NCBI GenBank assembly: GCA_002104905.1
Contig: MCFE01000293.1
Span: 37,931-101,930, forward strand
Direction: 5' to 3'
DNA: 64,000 nt
Source: Basidiobolus meristosporus CBS 931.73
Taxonomy: Eukaryota; Fungi; Basidiobolomycota
Positions 12,730 through 26,164 of this stretch are shown in pieces (the stretch's first letter is position 1; every line of letters begins with the position of its first letter). A program made the position numbers and the translations under genes. The notes beneath the pieces were generated by a model. The model did no database searches, was not told where the DNA came from, and was given only the letters and a program-made list of their open reading frames with translations.

Positions 12730-15700
12730 TGTTGCAATTTAAGATATGATTAGGATACATGAAACTCACAAGAAGTAGTGATAATAGTTAAACTGTTGCT
12801 TATTCATAAAGAAGCTCAGTATTTATACCCTTGTAGGAGTAATACTACTATAACAACAAATAAGCAGAGCTTCTCAAAACTCAGGGGTATTCTGTATAGT
12901 ATCAAGGTTAGTATATACTGTTTGAAAAAAGTGCTAATTTGATCTTGACTATAGGGGAATAATCATAGGATCATATATCTGAAGAAAGTGGCAAAGTTAG
13001 GGCTGTAGGTTAGTCATTCAGTGACCAAGACTAGTCCAAAATTGCAAGTAAATCTTAGCTGCTGAATGATATCAAATGGTCCAATATTTCAACACTCCCC
13101 CTCAACTAAATAATATCTTAATCCTAATACTTTTCTGAGATTCTCAAATTGTGGCCTAGCCAGTGGCTTTGTCAATATATATGCCACCATTTTGTTAGTT
13201 GGGCAGTACACTAACTCCACTAAGTTATTTTCTACAGCTTCCCTCACAAAGTGATGCTGTATATCTTTGTGCTTAGCTCTGGCATAATTAGTAGAATTTC
13301 TAGCTAGTGAAATACAACTTTGATTATCCTTGTATAAACATGTTGATTCATATGAATTAGAACCTAAGTCTTGGAGTAATTATTGTCACCATATAGCCTC
13401 CTTAGTTGCTTGACAAGCAGCCATATAATCAGCTTCAGTTGTAGATAGGGCCACAGTTGGTTGTTTGTTGCAATCCCAAGTAATAGCTGCACCAGCATAA
13501 AGAAATACATACCCAGTGGTAGAGCATCTGTCAATCAGATCCCTGTTGCAATCTGCATCACTATAACCATCAAAACTTTGCCTATTAGCTGCTCCAGAGT
13601 ATTCCAGTACCATATTTATGGTACCTTGTAGATATCTGAATATCTGCTTAACTGCTGTAATTTGATCTGATCCATAGTTTTGCATGAATTGACTGACTAT
13701 TCCAGCTGCCACTGCATATCTAGATGTGTAGACACCATCAAGTACATCAGGCTACCAACCATTGATTGATAGGTATGGTTTTGTCAGTATTTCAGCCATT
13801 TTAGAACTGGCTGAGATTTGCTTGATTTCAGGTTATTGTTGATGGAGGAAGCTACAGGCTTGCAATTTTTCATTTTGAAGCATCTAGCAAAGTCTTTGCT
13901 GTACTTGGACTGATTCAGCACAATATTCTGTGTAGGTATGGCAAAATTGACTTCAATTCCTAGAGAATAGCTTAACTTCCCAGATCTTTCATCTCAATCT
14001 TTCTGAAGGGATCTGATTTTGTCTATTTAAGTGCCTCCTGGTCACTTGTAGCTATTATTAAGTTGTCCACATAAAGAAATAGGATTCTCACACCATTCTT
14101 AAGCTGTTTCACTTATATACTGTGATGTGCAGTGCTATCAGTGGGCCCAATCCCATCTAGATATGTGTCAATCATGTTTTACCATGCTCTAGGTGCCTGC
14201 TTAACCCCATACAGCAATGTCCTAAGCCTGCACACCTTATGGGGGCCTTTTAGATTAGTAAAACCTTCTGGTTGCTCCATATATACAGTTTCTTGCAGAT
14301 CCCCATTCAGAAAGGCTGTTTCAACATCCTTTTGGTGTAGATCTAGACTGTGTACAGCTGCCAGGGCTGAAACTGTACAAATGGAGTTAGACTTGGCAAC
14401 CAGAGCAAAAGATTCCTTAAAGTCCAGTCCCTGAATCTGGGAATGGCCTTTAGCCACAAATCTAGCCTTGTGTATCTCTGGCTTTCTCTCATTTAACAAA
14501 TCTACCAGTTTCCACATTTTTGCCCTGATCAGTGTTTGGTACTCCTCCTGCATGGCTTGTTGCCATATTGTAACATCTGGACTTTCATTGCCTGTTCCAG
14601 ATTCTGAAGATTGGCACATAAGGCAAGATATCCTTCTTCATGATCATTGGATGCCAGCCACCAGGATCCAGGCACATTTGTTATTCTGGTGGATCCCCTA
14701 ACTGGGAATATATGCTCTGATCTGGAACTGGTAGAATTATCTTCTGTATCTGTCTGAACTAGCTGTGTTTCTTGTTCTTAGTGTTGATTACATCATCAGG
14801 CAGCTGGCCAATGATTTCAATTGCTTTCTGTTCTTAATTCTCCTTAAACACAACATCCCTACTCTTGATCAGCTCCTGAATCTTACAGTCCTACACTGTA
14901 TACCCTTTAGTATCCTCGCAATACCCAAGAAATGTCCCTTTTCTACTCTTTGGCTCCAACTTTGAGTGTTTTCTGTGAGGTATGTGAAACAAAACATCAT
15001 TGCCAAAGATCCTGAAGGTCTTGCTTTTTGCCTGTACAAGCTACTAAGGGCATAGAGTTATGTAGTGCTGTTGTTGGACATCAATTCTTGGTGTATGCAG
15101 CAGTAGCACCAGATTCAGCCCAGAGTTTGTAGTCCATTCCCTTATCATGTAACATAGACCTTTCATCTCTAATACTGCTCTATATGCACGTTCTGCTACT
15201 CAATTTTGCTGTGGAGTATGTGGAACTGTGGTCTGTTGAAGTATACCAGTATATAAGCAGTATTTTGCAAACTCCTTTGAGCAGTATTCCCCTCTAGTGT
15301 CACCTTGAAGTGTATTCAATTTACACCCAGTTTATGTTTCTGCCATGTTCTTGAAGTGCCTAAGCATGTCTAAAGCCACATCCTTTGTCTTGAGGAAGTA
15401 TACCCATGTATATCTTGACTTGTCATCAATAAATGTAATAGAGTATCTCTTGGCTACAAAGGACAGTGTTCTCATGGGCCCATATATGTCTGAGTGCACA
15501 ATAGCCAGTATTTTGGTGGTGTTAATGCCTCCTTGGTTCCTGCAATGTTGCCTAGGTTGTTTGTCATATAAACAACCCTTACAGACATTAATTTAGATTG
15601 GAATTGAGGAGTTTAGGCCCAAAACAAGCTGATTTTTCACCAATTGGCTCATTTTCTGCTCCCCAATGTTCACTGGCCTCCTAAGCCATGTCTCCCAGTT

Positions 15701-17335
15701 AGTGTCATCAGTTTCAGCAATGATAACATACTCAGGTAAAATGATCTTGCATTTAGACTTGTATACATTGAAATCTCTGATTCCCAAAGCTAATTTTTGT
15801 CCACTTTCACTCAATTTTACTCAGTGCAGCTTAGTGAAAACATATTACAGTCTTTGAGTAGTTGCTTTGCTGACTGAGAATAGTTTCTTAGCTATTCCTG
15901 GTATATAGTGAATGTCAGTCAGTTTGGTATTGTTTCCCCTGGGATATCAATCATATTCAACTGTATAGACCCACTGGTGGTAGCTTCCAGTGCAGAGTTG
16001 TCTCCCAAATAAACCTTTCTTGCGTGAATAGTCTTCAAGTTGCTGAACCACTCCTTTATTCCACAAATATGCTGTGATGCTCCAGAGTCAATTTACCATT
16101 CATTGCACTGGTTACTTGCACCCTCTAGTATAGTTACAAGTAACTATTCATCAGCAGTTATATGGTTTGCCTGCTCTAGTTTCTGTTTTAGTCTGTATGT
16201 TTCTTCTTGCATTGTCTTACCCAGTGTCCTGGCTTCATACAGTAGCTACAGCAACCAGGTTTTGTTTGCTTTTGTAGCTCTCCCTTCTTTTCTGTATGGC
16301 TTATGAGCTGAATAAGCCACTATCTGCAAGTTTCTCTGCTTGATCATTATATCTGAGTTCTTCATGGAGAAGTCTTCCTTTGGCATAGTTCAAAGTCATA
16401 TTGCCTTCTCTGCTTTCCAAAGAAAGTATGAGTGGCTCATTTGTCAAGTAAACTGCAAAGCAGATACAGTATTTTTTCTTCATCATCTACACTGGCATTA
16501 ATACTCTATAGTTCTTCTGCAAGTGTCTCCATCTGGGTAATGAGTTGTAGCATGCCTTCATTGAGCTTCTCCCTCATGTTGAAGAGCTTTTGACTTAAAT
16601 AAAGCTTGCCCAATACTGACTTTGCTCCAAAGATCTTCTTCAAGGATTCCCATGCTGCTTTGGCAGTATTTTAAGCATGAATTTGTCCATTGAAGGAATC
16701 TTTCACATTGATGCATGTGGCTTTAAAAGCTTTTCTGTTCTTCTATTCACACTTGGCCACTCCTTGAATTGTTTCTTTGGGCTCAACTTCTATTCCTGTT
16801 ACTATATTCCTAAGCTTTTTTTCTTCAAGGTGGATCTGCATCTTAGTTCTCCCAAGTCTGTAGTACTTCCCATCAAATGTCTGCTTTAGAGGAAAGATGT
16901 ATGTATTGATTGGTTTGCTGGTAGATGTCATCCTTTGAATAGATTAAGGCAATCAAGGCTTATAACCTGCTGCAATTTAAGAGGTGATTTGGATTTAAGG
17001 AACCTATCAGGAAATAGAGAACATAGTTGAACTGTTATTTGTACATAAAGAAGCTCAGTGCTAATACCATTGTAGAAGTAGTAAAACTGTAACACTTAGT
17101 AAGGAGAGCTTTCCTGCACTCAGGAGCATTTTGTAACAGTTTCAGGGTTAGGACACCATGTTTGGTAAAAGTGCTAATTAGATCTTGACTATGAGGCACT
17201 AATCTTAGGATCTTAGATCTAAAGAAAGTGGCAAAGTTAGGGTTGTAGGTTAGTCCTACAATGACCCAGACTAGTCAGGAATTGTTGAGTAAGTTTTTAG
17301 CTGCTGAATGATACCAAGTACCTCACCTTTCTACA
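12730..17335 (-). mobile_element. C2a: Ty1/copia LTR retrotransposon, second family, degraded
   Basis: LTRs at 16968-17335 (5') and 12730-13094 (3'). PBS GGTTATAAGCC below 16968 and PPT GTTGAGGGGGAG next to 13094. Minus-strand gag (FDGKYY...KM), RT (HKARFVAKG, LYGVKQAPRAW) and RNase H (YSDAD, TTEADY) fragments. Confidence 0.95.
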
Positions 17336-18471
17336 ATCATAGCGTGCATTATTATCTACATTGGAGATATCCTGGCCATCTGCAAGATAGCTGGCTTTTT
17401 TGGGCACAATCAATGGTGTTGCTGTTGGATGTGTAAGATCCAGGAGATCTACTCCATAGCTCATGCCCACTACTAATATCTAAACATCAATGCTGAGAAC
17501 ATCATCCTCCCACGGAGAGAACATACAGAAGTCAGCATGCAAAGCTAGCAAGCTGTAAGTCATTAGCCAGAATATGAAAACAATTGAAAACCAGAGATAC
17601 TTAAGATAGAAGTTACCTCTTGGAGCAAAAGCTTTCCACTGGGGGCAAGGCACTGGCTTTTCAGCAATATCCCTATACTATTGTACAAGTTATACAATGG
17701 ACATTTCACGCTATATGAGCCTGCTGTAATGCCAGATAAATTTGAAAGAATTGGCAAGATATTACAGAATATTTGCCGCCCAAAGCACTTCTCACTGGCT
17801 CCAGTAAATATTCATAAGCATATGGGACAATACAAATACAAGGACTTGCTAAACTGGATATGAGTGTAATTAAGTGGTCCTCAGAGGCCATTTTTACCAA
17901 GAGTACATTGCAAGCATTGGGAGTGATATGCTGACATTGTGGGAATGTTTAGCCAGGGGTGGATCACCAATGCCAGCTTGATGCATCTACAGTTTTTATT
18001 CAAGAGTTTGTGACAGGATTTGAGCAGCTATACAACAAGCATAATGCTGAGCATGTAGATCTCTGCCACTACTCTATCCATTCTCTTCTCATATGTGCTT
18101 GGTGTGTGGGAAATATCAGATCTTGTGTCACCTTTGAGAGTTTACATTAGAGCAGATGTGTAGGGATATTCAAAGACAAGTCAAGTTGCAGGTACAACCA
18201 TATCCCAATCTCATCAAGAATATTACCTTCAAGTTGGTCATGGATGTGAAAAGTTGGCACATTGCGGACAGCCAGAAAGAGTTGGAATATACTGAGGACA
18301 GATGTGCATATGGTGACAATTTTGCCTTTATCATCAAGAACCTAAGCAGCCCCACTGCAGGGGTAATCAGATAAGTAAAGTAAAGTTGGACTGGGTGCAA
18401 CAAGCAAATAATTTTTAATACAATAGAATTATCAAGGCATGCTGGGTTTCTCTTGGTCACAACCCAGCTTC

Positions 18472-18840
18472 TGCAGAAGTATGGGACTATTTGGTCTCAT
18501 TCAGCAGCTAAAAGCTTACTTAACAATTCTGGACTAGTAATGGTCACTGTAGGAATAATCTACAGTCCTAAATTTATCACTTTCTTTAGATATGTGATCA
18601 TGTGATTATTTCCCTATAGTCAAGATCAAATTAGCACTGTTTTCAAACATTTTATACTAACCCTGAAACTGTTAAAGAATGCTCCTGAGTACTGAGAAGC
18701 TCTCCTTAGTTAGTGTTACAGCTGTATTACTTCTACAAAGGTATATATACTGAGCTTCTTTATGGATAAATAACAGTACAACTAGTATCACTATTCCTTG
18801 ATAAGTTGCTTATATCCAAATCACATCTTAAATTGCAACA
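18472..18840 (+). repeat. Solo LTR of family C2
   Basis: Reverse complement of the 12730-13094 LTR, ending TGCAACA. TSD GCTTC/GTTTC with one transition. Confidence 0.92.
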
Positions 18841-19679
18841 GTTTCCACACCACTCAAAAGAGAATTCACACAAACAAGAGTCAGAGCACACTTATAAGGG
18901 GGACTAGAAGCTGGTGGGGAGAAAGAGTATATTGGAATAATAAGAGTCCTTTTGCATATATTCAGGAGGTATTCATAGCAAATGTGGCGGCAACCAAGCA
19001 TATACTTGCAAGATGTAGATGTTACCATCAATACAAGGTATATAGCAACTTTACAAGTATTGTATTAAAGAACCATTAGGTTTAGGCAATAGAAGTGTGT
19101 CAACTACATCAGGTGTGCATGTTGGTAGAGGTTAGTAAGCTGGAGGCCATAGTTCTTTAAGATTTGAGCTAAATGTGGAGCACCCAACTTAGTAGTGGGT
19201 GGCAAATAAAGTGGGGTGACTTGCGGTTATAATATCAATGGTGCTAGGGGAGGTATAAAATGGAAATACCATTTGCTATATTGGTATAGTGGCCTTGTAC
19301 TGAGCTAGCTGTAGGCAGCTGTACTGCTGTAACAATGCCAACAGAGGCTTGCTACAGGGCTGTCAGAACACTGTCCAGTTTCTTGCCATATAGGCAATTG
19401 GATGTATTGGCTGGTTAAGTCTTCTCAAGTAAATGCATAATGCATCAAGATCATAAAAATGCCATGCAAATCCTGCCAAATGCCCACTAAAACACTGACA
19501 AATCTTAAGCTTTATTTTGGCACTAAAATCAGCAAAATTATGGCACAATCATGTTATAAGATTGTGTAGAGGGTCAATAATCACAAGCTGCCAGCATTAT
19601 GATGGACCTATTGCAGGATACTAATTGCTGATCCAGATTGGATCCACCTGTTGGAACAAACTGTTTCACATAGGGTAAA

Positions 19680-20250
19680 CCCTTTGAGAGATAATTGTGA
19701 TGATCCTGTGAAAAGGCCTTTGCAAGATTTAAATCCTGTGGTTAATAGATATTAATGCCCTAAGGACACTGTGCAAAGACTGTTTAGAAAAATCACACCA
19801 TAGATCTTGCAAAAAACTTAGTCAAAATTTTTCATCACAACAATATATAAGTGGATTTTGGTTGGTCCTCTAACAATTCTCTCACTTTCTGATCCTGAAC
19901 ACTCAATCACCCCCTACATTTGTATACATTGATAGGCTATTGTCTCTTCTTCACACTCACTACTTACTGACTCAGACAAGTCACTTAGTGTTCATGCACA
20001 CAAATTGGTTTGCTGCCTTTTGGTCTGCAGTTATGGCTCAACTTCCATTTGTTCTGACTTGCACAGGTCCCTATACCTAGCAATAACATTAAGCCCAACT
20101 CCACATGTAACAAGTAACTCCATTAGAATCCAACATGTAGTATGTAATTTTGCCAGAACTCCCTTTTTCCATGACTTTGGCAATTGCAACATTTTCTATC
20201 TGTCTATGCAATCATTACTATGTGACCTGGCAAACTATTTGTCACTATTA
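19680..20250 (+). mobile_element. E2: left-arm fragment of E family
   Basis: Starts CCCTTTGAGAGATAATTG, matching the E3 left end, and continues into the 3' part of the accessory gene. Right boundary approximate. Confidence 0.75.
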
Positions 20251-20299
20251 ACCCATTGCACAAGCTATTCCTATTCCTTGCCAAGATGCCAAGATAAGA

Positions 20300-21158
20300 T
20301 AGTTACCATATAAGGCAAGTACCCTCATCAGTGCCTATTTCATGTGACCATCCTGGTTTCATAACCCACCTATCCTACTGCCATATGAGGTAACTACATG
20401 GCACAGAGGTTTCATATTACCACTATCTGATTGGCTAGGTACTACTATGTCTCATGGAACAATCCACCAAAAATTTGAGCTATATTTAGTACACAATGAC
20501 ATGATTGGCTCTCTACTACATTCTGGAAACTTCCAGAAAGTATTTTCTAGTAAGAATCTGAGCAGCAAAAAAGTATATAATGCAGGCTATCCCTTACTCA
20601 TAAATCATCCCTCTTCCAATATTCCAACTTATTGATTAATGAGATCACCACTGCATATTACTACTACTTTCTGACTCAGACCTGACAATACTCCCAGGAA
20701 ACCACACTGACAGCAAATTGACCTTGGAGGCACTACTTGTGAGAAATACTCAGAGTAGGTATATTTTGTTATATTAGATTGTTTTCCCAAGTTTGTTCTT
20801 GTACAGGCAAAGAGACTTTTCAGTCTTTGTAACTATTGGTCAAAGCGCATTCTTATCAAGTCCCTGCTGGTGGAGTCCACAATTGTCTTGACTTTGGAAG
20901 CTTTAGTGCACTGTCATCTCAAAAGATGTTGAAGCCATTATAAACTTTTGTTAAGATGCCAACTAAGTTGGGGATTGTAGCTCAATAGTTTTCCCTTGAC
21001 AAGCTTGAGGCTTTATCCCCTTCACATTGGATTAGATAAAAGACCCAGTATTACAAGCAAGCTTTTGCCAGAGGTTATTGCACCCAGTGAACACCCCACA
21101 CACAAAACACTTGAGAAGTGTTGGACATATCTCTCCCTTGGACTTATACACCACCACA
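20300..21158 (+). repeat. Diverged, 5'-truncated relative of the 804-bp LTR family C
   Basis: Shares ATAAGGCAAGTACC, ATAAATCATCCC and GAGGTTATTGCACCC blocks and the terminal ACACCACCACA with 23100-23903. Confidence 0.65.
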
Positions 21159-22258
21159 CTGTTCAGAGAGTGTTAAAAAATAATTGTACCCCAGATTTCA
21201 CCAAAAACTCAGTCAAAATTTTTTGTCACAACAATGTATAAGTGGATTTTGATTGGTTCCCTGCCAATTCAATCACTTTCTGATCTTGGACACTCTGTCA
21301 CCGCCTACATTTGTGTTCATTGATTGGCTATTGCCTTTTTTTCATACTCCTTACTTCCTGACTCAGCCATTTCTGTTACTTTTCATGCATACAAAGTGAT
21401 TTATTTCCATTGAAACTTTAGTTGTACCTCAATTAACAATTGTATTGACCTATACAAGTCCCTATACCCTACACCAACATTAAGCCCAACCCCACATTCA
21501 ACCAGTAATTCCATTAAAATCCACCACTCAATAATTATTTCTGCTGTAAAGCTCTGGTTCCACAACTTTGGTGGGAACCCAACAGCTTTATGCCACTGTT
21601 TACTCACTGGTTCCCACATGTCCTGGTCTTTAGCTGGCACTACAGGGTCTAGCACCTCATCTGCCAGTCTTTGAAATAAGTCCCTGCAAACTCCAGTGTG
21701 TTTTCTTGAGCACTGCTCTTGAAGAAGTGCTGCAACCTAGTGGTGAGCCTATTAATGCTCCAAAACTCCACTGAAGGCATTGTGATAGTTTTTTGAGCTC
21801 TTGACATTGTATCCTTGTCTGTCAGTGGGATCTACACTCTGTCAACAATGGAGGATGTGGAGGCTGAGGTAGACAAGTTACCTTTTTCAGCAAACTCATC
21901 TACCTTGCTGGAGTGTGGCTTAACTGGCTACACTTCCAACTCTTGTGAAAATAGCTGATTGCTTGTTAGTAATTCTTCTTGGCTATAATGGCATTCTGTC
22001 TGTTCCAGGCTTGCAGCATTAATTAGCAAGAACTGCAGTTCTTTTTGCATGCCACCCTGTCTCAGACTTGGGTAGACATCTTTCCCTTTCCCTTTTCCTT
22101 TATCACTGCCAGGTCATTCACTGCTACTTTGTCTGAGTGCTTCTTTTAATAAACTGCCTTTTTGCCTTAATATACTTTGCTTGGACACATCTGTTTTGGC
22201 CTGCTTGTCCCTTGCTAGCACTCTTCTGGCAACCTGGTGTTTCTTTTCTGCTTGTTTC

Positions 22259-22607
22259 TGTTGTAAAAATTTGTATTTCCACCTAAATATTCACCTAACT
22301 TAGTCACTTAGATCATCACCTTCAAATCCTAGAGAATACTGATCAAATTCCTTGTTGGGATTTACTTAGAATATTTTCACCAAAATACCAGGTACCCAGA
22401 ACATGAAAATTCTCATAGTTGTCCAAACAGCCCCAAACTTTGCAAACATGTTCTTGGGACCTTCCTTAACCTATTCTATGTGTTTGTAATGCCAAGACCA
22501 GGTAAAAGTATAAATACTACTTTTACAATCAATAAATCATTAAGTGAAAACCACATAATCTACTTGGTCTCCCAGTCACTTCCAATATCTCCAAGACTCT
22601 TACAGCA
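22259..22607 (+). repeat. Solo LTR of family C1
   Basis: TGTTGTAAAA...CTTACAGCA with perfect TSD GTTTC (22254-22258, 22608-22612). Confidence 0.95.
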
Positions 22608-23099
22608 GTTTCAAGCTCTCAACAGTAGTTGTGACAGGCTCCTGTAAAAGCTGCTGGTTTTTATCACTGCCAGGTCCTTCACTGCTGATGTGACAGAGTG
22701 CTTCTTGAGTTGCACTATGCTTTTTCCTTGATAAATGTTGTGCTGGTGCATCTGTGTCTGCCTGCTTGTCCCTAATTGGCACTCTTCCAGCTACATGATG
22801 TCTCTTTGACACTTGTCTGGAGCTTTTGGCCCTGCTTGTTATGGGCTCTTGAGGAAGCTGCTGGTTTTTAGCCATAGCACTCTTGTTCTTCTGCCTTTGA
22901 TAGTCTCTGCTATTCCTCAGATACTTTCTAAGGACACCAGTGCAGGCCCAAAATCCATTTGCCTGTTTGAATCCAGGATAATGCTCATGGAACAAGTGAA
23001 GTGCATTCTACCTGGCCTTGAGTTCTTGATGGTCCCATGGTATACCAGCCTTAAGGTGATGACATGCTAAACTTCTGACAGCCTCTTGAATTTTAGCGC

Positions 23100-23903
23100 T
23101 GTGGTAGGGTAAACATATCTCCCACAGACAAGATTACTCATATAGTCATTATGATATACTTATCCATATTTTATCTTATCAATATTATCCCATTCTTCTT
23201 TTGCCCATATTATCAGTATTATCCCCATATTATGTTTACCCTGATTGGTTATTAGCATTAGTTATCCCAGATGTTATTCAGCTTTGTGATCAGTAGATGT
23301 ATCTATATAAGGCAAGTACCCGCGTCAGTACCTGTGACACATGACCTAGGTCTGTGTTACCATCCCTACCATTTCAATACCATATATGGTATTTCTATGT
23401 TGCACAGGTTTCAGACTACTGATTCCTGCTTGGTTGAAAGTGCTGTGCCTTTTAGAACCTTCCAGGACATTCTTGGCATATTTTTAGCTCATAGTGATGT
23501 CATCAAGAATTCCACTGATACCTAGAATCTTCTAGAACCTTGTCATTAGTAATCACTTGGCAATCAGGAAAAGTATTTAAGGGAAAGCAATCCCTCATCA
23601 ATAAATCATCCCTTCTATCAGTAACACTTCTACCTTATTGATTAGCAGTTGATCACTGCACCTGCCTTCAACAGTAAATCTCAGACCTGCAATCAAGGAG
23701 CTTTTCAGGGTAGTGCGCAAGACACACAGAGGCCTTTGGAGACACTTGGAGCACCTAGGAAGCTATAGAAGCAGGAGCTTTTACCATAGTGGCATATTGA
23801 CAAAGACAACAGCAGTTTAGACACAGAGGTTATTGCACCCATCAGACACCTCACACACCTTGAGTTGTGTAGTTTCTCCCAGGAGTACCTCTACACCACC
23901 ACA
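23100..23903 (+). repeat. Solo LTR family C, 804 bp
   Basis: TGTGGT...ACCACA with 4-bp TSD GCGC (23096-23099, 23904-23907). Near-identical to 46472-47275. Confidence 0.9.
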
Positions 23904-25189
23904 GCGCACTCATCATTATTGCACTCAATGGCTTCATGGATCTTCAATGTTACTGTATCCATTCTCTGCTCCATCTTGCATGGTGTGTGGAGAATATTGG
24001 GCCTTGCTTCACCTTTTGGGAGTTTCCTATGGAGCTGATATGTGGGGAGATAGGAAGACAAGTCAAGTTGCAGGTACTACCATATCCTAATCTCATTACT
24101 TATATTGCCTTCAATTCTGTCATGGATGTGATGAGTTGGCACATAGAGGACAGCCAGGAAGAGTTGGAAGATACTGAGGACAAATGTGCACTTGGAGACA
24201 CCTATGCCTATGACATTAAGAAGCTAAGCAGCCCCAATGTGTGGGTAATCAGCTAAGTAATGCAAAGATGAGTTGGGTGCAACAAGTAGCTGATTTCTAT
24301 TAAGAAGACTCTAACAAGGTTTGCCGGATTTCTCTTTGTTACAAGCCAACTTCTACACCATTCAATACAGAATTTGCACAAACAAAAGCCAGAGCACACA
24401 TACAAGGGGGATTTGAGTCCAGCTGGGAGAAGGAATATATTGGCTAAATACCAAGAAGCTCTTTGTGTATATTCAGGAGGTATTCATAGCAGAAGTGGCA
24501 ACAATCTAGTATATGTTTACTAGGTGTATATGTTACCAGCAATACAGGGTATATGACAACTTTGCAAGTATCACACCGAAAAGCTGTAAAGTTGAGGTGA
24601 TAGAAGTATGTCAATTATGACAGATGTGCATGTTGGTAGAGGTTAGTCAGCAGGAGGCTATATTTTTTTAATTGAACTATATGTGGAATACCCAAGCTAG
24701 CAGTTGGTAAGCAAATAAACGGGGGGTGATTCATCAGCGGAATATATCAGTTGCACAAGGGGAGGTAGAAAAAGGAAGTACCATTTGGTAAGTGGGTACA
24801 GTGGCAATATACAGAACCAGCTGTAGGCCATCATATTGCCAATGTAATGCCATTAGAGCAAAATTACCATTACATCAAAAAACCGTCAAGTTTCTTGCCA
24901 TTTAAGGCAATTGGATGTCCTGGCTGGTTGGATCCACTTAAAATAGTTGTAGAGCGCTAAAAGACCGCAAAAACACCTTGCAATTTTTGTCACAGCACCA
25001 ATCAAAAATTGTCAAGTTTGATCCCTATATTTGGTAGTAAGATTAGCAAAACACTGTTGTGATCTCATGATGAAATTGTCAAGAGGGTCACTAATTCCAA
25101 GTTGCTGGTTCTATGACAGTCTCTTGATGGGATCCTGAAGGCTGATCCAGATTGGATCTGCATGTGGGACCAAATATTTTTTCATAGGG

Positions 25190-26150
25190 TACTTGGGTTT
25201 TGTCATTACTCTAATGTGAATGGGAGCAAAGCCACATGCTTGTCAAAGGAAACCTATTGAGCTGCAATCCCCAACAAAGTTGGGGTCTTAACCGAAGTAT
25301 GTGCCAGGATTAGTGTCCTTAGAGATGACAATGTATTAAAGCTTCCAAAGACAAAACAGCTGTACACTCTACTTGCAGGGACCTGATAAGAATGCAGCTG
25401 AGATCAATAGTTACAAAGACAAAATGTCATCTCTGCATGTACAAGAACAAATTGTGAAGGAATCAAATATATATGAATAGATGCCTACTTTAAGCATTCC
25501 TCCCAAGTAATGCCTTCCTGGTTGGTTGGCTGACAGCAGAGCCTTGTGAGAGTGTCCTGTGGTCTGGACCAGACGTTTACATAGCAGCAGGTAGCAGTGA
25601 TCTCACTACTTAACAAGTTGGTATATTAATAAAGTGGATGAAGGCTTATTGTTGGGGACTGCCTTCTCTGTGTACTTTTGTCACTGGTTAAGTGATTACT
25701 AATTATGGTGCTCCAGAAAGTTCCAGAGATCAACAGAATTCTTAGTGACATCAAACTGAGCAAAGATTGCTCTAAGTAGATGCCAGAAGACTCTAAGAGG
25801 CACAGCACCTGCAACTAATCAGGGTTCAGTACTTTAAGACATGTATACAACAGGGTTACAATGTATGGAACAGAAATAGTATGAATAGTGTCATGCTTTG
25901 GTCATATGCCAGAGGTTCTGGTGTGGGTGCTTGCCTAATATAGCAGCACTTACATCTAGTAATATGACATAAAGTGAGGAATAGCTTATGCAATAAAGTA
26001 AGCAGGTATTATTGTTATCTGGTGTATGAGATAGTACTGACCAGATAAGATAATACAATAAAACTAAGATAAGAGTAGTAAAGAAATAGGGGAGTAGAAA
26101 ATATTGGAGTGAGCATCTCTGTCTGTGGGTGTTACTGTGACCCCACTGCA
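25190..26150 (-). repeat. Diverged family-C-like LTR in reverse orientation
   Basis: 25250-25700 is the reverse complement of 20640-20990. 26030-26150 resembles the reverse complement of the family C 5' end. Confidence 0.55.
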
Positions 26151-26164
26151 GCAGGAACCTTATG

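Larger units (their letters stand above)
6260..19675 (+). mobile_element. E1: left-truncated CMC/EnSpm-type DNA transposon copy carrying five nested insertions
   Basis: Segments 6260-6399, 6721-6769, 11438-11629, 12327-12725, 17336-18471 and 18841-19675 align in order with E3 (54640-57902). The copy ends in ...CACATAGGG, the right TIR. Confidence 0.85.
21159..25189 (+). mobile_element. E2b: internally deleted E copy (accessory-gene 3' half joined to transposase 3' half)
   Basis: Aligns to E3 ~48850-50433 and then jumps to E3 ~56658-57902 at a GATCT microhomology (23939-23943). Ends TTTTTCATAGGG at 25189. Confidence 0.85.

Noticed and set aside
18467-22612. Similar TSDs (GYTTC) for a C2 and a C1 solo LTR
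   Set aside because: The other copia TSDs are CTTGG, AAAGC and ATCAT, so there is no consistent preference.
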